This document shows positions 34,670 through 37,446 of a DNA stretch of 37,446 bases, one piece after another. The translations under genes were made by a program, and so were the position numbers. Under the pieces are notes generated by a model, which was not told the DNA's origin, did not search any database, and saw only the letters and a program-made list of their open reading frames with translations. Location of the stretch: contig JBKHJP010000002.1 of the NCBI GenBank assembly GCA_046538065.1, positions 1 to 37,446 on the forward strand. Reading direction: 5' to 3'. The stretch comes from Thermoanaerobaculia bacterium. Lineage in GTDB: Bacteria; Acidobacteriota; Thermoanaerobaculia; Multivoradales; DATKCC01. Each line of letters starts with the position of its first letter. Positions within the stretch are counted from its first letter, which is position 1.

Positions 34670-36619
34670 ATGATCGCCGTCTCCGGCCTGTCCAAGCACT
34701 TCGGCCCCCAGACCCTCTTCGAGGACGTCTCCCTCCAGCTCACCCCGGGCAACCGGTACGGCCTGGTGGGGGCGAACGGCTCCGGCAAGTCCACCCTGCT
34801 CCGGATCCTCGCCGGCCTGGAGCCCGCCTCCGACGGCACCGTGGCCATCCCCAAGCGGCTGAAGGTGGGCTACCTGGAGCAGGACCACTTCCAGTACGAG
34901 GACACCCCCATCCTCGAGGTCGCCATGATGGGCGACGACGAGGTCTGGCAGGCCATGCGGGAAAAGGACCGCCTGCTGGAGAAGGCCGACGAGCACTTCG
35001 AGGCCGAGCGCTACGCGGAGCTGGAGGACCTGATCCTCCGCCACGACGGCTACGCCCTGGAAGCCCGGGCCGGCGAGGTCCTGGAGGGCCTGGGCATCCC
35101 GGCGGAGGTCCACCGCCAGCCGCTCTCGACCCTGTCCGGCGGTTTCAAGCTCCGGGTGCTCCTGGCCAAGGTCCTGGCCGCCAACCCGGACGCCCTCCTC
35201 CTGGACGAGCCCACCAACCACCTGGACATCGTCTCCATCCGGTGGATGGAGACGTTCCTCCAGGGCTACGAGGGCATCGCCGTGGTCGTCTCCCACGACC
35301 ACCGCTTCCTGGACACCGTCTGCAACCACATCGTGGACGTGGACTACCGGACCGCCATCCTCTACCCCGGGAACTACTCCGCCTTCGAGAAGGCCAAGCA
35401 CGAGGAGCGGGAGCGCCGCGCTGCGGAGCAGGAGCGCCTGGAGAAGCGCATCGCCGAGCACCAGGCCTTCGTCGACCGGTTCCGGGCCAAGGCCACCAAG
35501 GCGCGCCAGGCCCAGAGCAAGGTCAAGCTGATGGAGAAGATGGCCGACGACCTGGAGCCCCTGCCCACCACGTCGCGGCGCTACCCCAGGTTCCAGTTCC
35601 ACCAGCGCCGCCCCAGCGGCAAGGAGGTCCTGACCCTGGACGGGATCTCCAAGGCCTACGGCGACAACCAGGTCCTGGAGGACGTCTCGCTGACCGTGCG
35701 CCGCGGGGACCGCGTGGCGATCATCGGGCCGAACGGCATCGGCAAGTCGACGCTCCTCAAGATCGCCATGAGCCCGCTCGGCGGCGGGGTCCAGCCCGAC
35801 GACGGCACCGTCGAATGGGGCTACGAGACCCACCCGGGCTACTTCGCCCAGGACCACAACGACGTCTTCGAGGGCTCGCGCCAGAGCGTCGAGGCCTGGC
35901 TGTGGGAGACCTGCCCCAGCGAGCCCATCGGCTTCGTCCGGGGCCAGCTCGGGGCGGTGCTCTTCTCCGGCGACGAGGTGAAGAAGCCCGTGGGGAGCCT
36001 CTCCGGCGGCGAGGGGGCGCGCCTGGTCTTCGCCCGCCTGGCGGTCGAGCGCCCGAACGTGCTGGTCCTGGACGAGCCCACGAACCACCTGGACCTGGAG
36101 GCGATCGACGCCCTGGTGGCGGCGCTGCGGGACTACGAGGGCACCCTGATCCTGGTCTCCCACGACCGCTGGTTCGTCTCGGAGCTGGCGGACCGGATCG
36201 TGGAGATCTCCGCCGACGGCATCCAGGACTACCGGGGCACCTACGACGAGTTCATCGCCGCCTCCGGCGACGACCACCTGGACGCCGAGCAGGTCCTGCT
36301 CCGGGTCAAGCGCGAGAAGAAGAAGAAGGACCGGAAGGGCTCCTCCAACGGGAGCGGGCCGGACGACAAGGAGCGCCAGAAGCGCGTCAAGGAGCTCCAG
36401 CGCCGCCGGGACCGGCTGACCGAGGAGGTCGACCGGGCCGAGGCCCGGGTCGGTGCCATCAACGAGACCTTCTGCGACCCGGCCTACTTCGAGCGCACCC
36501 CGCCGAAGGAGGTCCGCAAGCTCGAGGCGGAGCAGCAGGACCTCAAGGACCGCATCGAGACCCTCATGGGCGAGTGGGAGTCGGTGGAAGGGGAGCTCGA
36601 AGAGCTGGCGGCGGAGTGA
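34670..36619 (+). CDS. ABC-F family ATPase (YbiT-like) with a C-terminal charged coiled-coil extension
   Basis: There are two ABC cassettes: GANGSGKST with LSGGFKLRV, and GPNGIGKST with LSGGEGARL. The protein is collinear by eye with E. coli YbiT (NRYGLVGANGSGKST, DGYALEARAGEVL, PGNYSAFE). An extra ~110 aa K/R/E-rich tail is present (KREKKKKDRK...QRRRDRLTEEVDRAEAR). Confidence 0.9.
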   Translation: MIAVSGLSKHFGPQTLFEDVSLQLTPGNRYGLVGANGSGKSTLLRILAGLEPASDGTVAIPKRLKVGYLEQDHFQYEDTPILEVAMMGDDEVWQAMREKDRLLEKADEHFEAERYAELEDLILRHDGYALEARAGEVLEGLGIPAEVHRQPLSTLSGGFKLRVLLAKVLAANPDALLLDEPTNHLDIVSIRWMETFLQGYEGIAVVVSHDHRFLDTVCNHIVDVDYRTAILYPGNYSAFEKAKHEERERRAAEQERLEKRIAEHQAFVDRFRAKATKARQAQSKVKLMEKMADDLEPLPTTSRRYPRFQFHQRRPSGKEVLTLDGISKAYGDNQVLEDVSLTVRRGDRVAIIGPNGIGKSTLLKIAMSPLGGGVQPDDGTVEWGYETHPGYFAQDHNDVFEGSRQSVEAWLWETCPSEPIGFVRGQLGAVLFSGDEVKKPVGSLSGGEGARLVFARLAVERPNVLVLDEPTNHLDLEAIDALVAALRDYEGTLILVSHDRWFVSELADRIVEISADGIQDYRGTYDEFIAASGDDHLDAEQVLLRVKREKKKKDRKGSSNGSGPDDKERQKRVKELQRRRDRLTEEVDRAEARVGAINETFCDPAYFERTPPKEVRKLEAEQQDLKDRIETLMGEWESVEGELEELAAE

Positions 36620-36625
36620 AGGTGG

Positions 36626-36748
36626 TCATAGCCGCTGCTTCCAGTGCTCCGGGTGCCGAGCTTGGTGCTCGACGGCCAACTCGTAGTACTCGAATGCCTC
36701 CGCGAGGTCAGCTTCGGCTTCAGGAGTAAGTTGGCCGTGATGCTTCAC
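36626..36748 (-). CDS. 40-aa ORF resembling the N-terminus of ParE/RelE toxins (probable remnant)
   Basis: The ORF reads VKHHGQLTPEAEADLAEAFEYYELAVEHQARHPEHWKQRL. The xTPEAxxDLxEAxxYY pattern is typical of ParE N-termini. It is too short to be a functional toxin and lies in a lower-GC patch. Confidence 0.3.
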   Translation of the reverse strand: MKHHGQLTPEAEADLAEAFEYYELAVEHQARHPEHWKQRL

Positions 36749-36816
36749 GACCGACGGAGAATGACGAGCACCAGCACGATGGCGAGCACTCCTCCGGCAA
36801 TGATGGCTCTCTTCAT
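36745..36816 (-). CDS. Candidate 23-aa single-TM peptide
   Basis: The ORF is ATG AAG AGA GCC ... = MKRAIIAGGVLAIVLVLVILRRS. GGAG lies ~9 nt upstream, and the stop overlaps the next ORF's GTG (GTGA). It is absent from the ORF track because it is too short. Confidence 0.3.
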   Translation of the reverse strand: MKRAIIAGGVLAIVLVLVILRRS

Positions 36817-36932
36817 GAACGGCACTCCACAGAAGACACGGGGCCCACGGCCGTACCGCAGCCCGTCGCATCAACGCCTACAGCGCCGGAAGATTAGAGG
36901 GCGGAACCAGGCTCAGGAGGAAAGGCGCCTCA

Positions 36933-37064
36933 TCAGCCGAGGTAGCGGGTGATGTCGAGGGCGCCATGGAAGATCCCGAGGAGGCGGACGTTGCGCGTTT
37001 CGGTCACCAGGTAGGCGATGCGGTAGTGGCCGTAGAGGAGGATCCGAACCTCCCGGTCCGTCAC
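36933..37064 (-). pseudogene. C-terminal half of a ParE/RelE-family toxin (N-terminal half missing)
   Basis: The fragment reads VTDREVRILLYGHYRIAYLVTETRNVRLLGIFHGALDITRYLG, matching the YRIxYxV...VxIlxIxHGxxD end of ParE/RelE toxins. An in-frame TAA lies 5 codons upstream of the GTG, so at most 43 aa are possible. Confidence 0.45.
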
Positions 37065-37075
37065 CTGGCTCCACC

Positions 37076-37240
37076 TTACTTACCCCACGATTCGACCTCG
37101 CGCCGCACCTCCTCGTGGCTCACGGTGCGGCCCTGGTCGACATCATTGAGTCCCCGGTCGATCATGCAGGCGAAGGCCGGCTCGCGGAGGACAGGCACCA
37201 AGCCAAGGCCGAGTTCTCCGCAGAAGGCAGCCCCCCTCAC
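37076..37240 (-). CDS. Antitoxin-like ORF (CopG/ParD-type C-terminal toxin-binding tail only)
   Basis: The C-terminus ..IDRGLNDVDQGRTVSHEEVRREVESWGK resembles the tails of RHH antitoxins paired with ParE/RelE. The N-terminal 25 aa (VRGAAFCGELGLGLVPVLREPAFAC) show no RHH pattern. The ORF is immediately followed by the toxin remnant. Confidence 0.3.
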   Translation of the reverse strand: MRGAAFCGELGLGLVPVLREPAFACMIDRGLNDVDQGRTVSHEEVRREVESWGK

Positions 37241-37446
37241 CCCCACCAGCTCGGGTCGTCTTCGGGCACCGGGATCCTCAGGGAGCGGAAGCGGGCCAGG
37301 GGGAGGGGCTGGTCGCTCAGGAGGGAGAAGGCCGTGAAGCCGAAGGCCAGGGCGGCTCCCCGGTCCTCAGGCTCGAGACGGCGGTGCCACTCCCGGAGGG
37401 CGGCGACCAGCTCGGCCTTCACCTCCTCCAGGGTGCGGGTCGGGCC
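37237..37446 (-). CDS. Hypothetical protein; 5' end beyond the window end
   Basis: The frame is open to the window edge with G/C third positions: GPTRTLEEVKAELVAALREWHRRLEPEDRGAALAFGFTAFSLLSDQPLPLARFRSLRIPVPEDDPSWWG. The TLEEVKAEL..ALREW segment is faintly HicB-like. I make no firm family call. Confidence 0.35.
   Translation of the reverse strand, partial: GPTRTLEEVKAELVAALREWHRRLEPEDRGAALAFGFTAFSLLSDQPLPLARFRSLRIPVPEDDPSWWG

Overview
This is a 37.4-kb, very GC-rich bacterial chromosomal segment (roughly 70 percent GC by eye, with third codon positions almost all G/C). I count about 28 credible protein genes. I see no rRNA, tRNA, CRISPR array, transposase or integrase. Many ORFs in the track are GC-driven shadow ORFs. 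I kept only frames with recognisable motifs, G/C-rich third positions and a sensible start and Shine-Dalgarno (SD) context. All family calls are motif recognition by eye; no database search or computation was run.

Content from left to right:
- On the minus strand, a cytochrome c/beta-barrel fusion, then a pentahaem cytochrome c, then a TPR protein.
- A CNNM/CorC-type membrane protein.
- An Asp-box (BNR) protein.
- An anomalous 0.8-kb block: a sigma54-activator fragment bounded by a head-to-head junction and a 47-nt poly-G tract. This is most likely an assembly or sequencing artefact.
- A thioredoxin-like protein plus a MauE/DoxX membrane redox partner.
- A UvrA-family ATPase.
- A 4-gene carrier-protein cassette: AMP-ligase, aminotransferase, ACP and GNAT.
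- pheA, preceded by an orphan intrinsic terminator.
- Two translationally coupled Ku paralogues.
- A cysteine-dioxygenase-like cupin.
- An RnfD/NqrB-like membrane protein followed by a DUF2330-like remnant.
- A Uma2 endonuclease.
- PBP1A.
- A RES-Xre toxin-antitoxin pair.
- An MFP-RND-OMF efflux operon.
- An ABC-F ATPase.
- A lower-GC patch of degenerate ParDE-like fragments.

The most distinctive non-genic signal is a hairpin REP/MITE family with core GTGTAGGGG[C/A]GGAGCTyGyCTCC[G/T]CCC, present at six loci. One copy is an in-frame insertion inside the OMF gene. Another is a 5-unit tandem amplification upstream of the efflux operon.

The best candidates for undescribed biology are the cytochrome-c/beta-barrel fusion operon and the ligase-aminotransferase-ACP-GNAT cassette.
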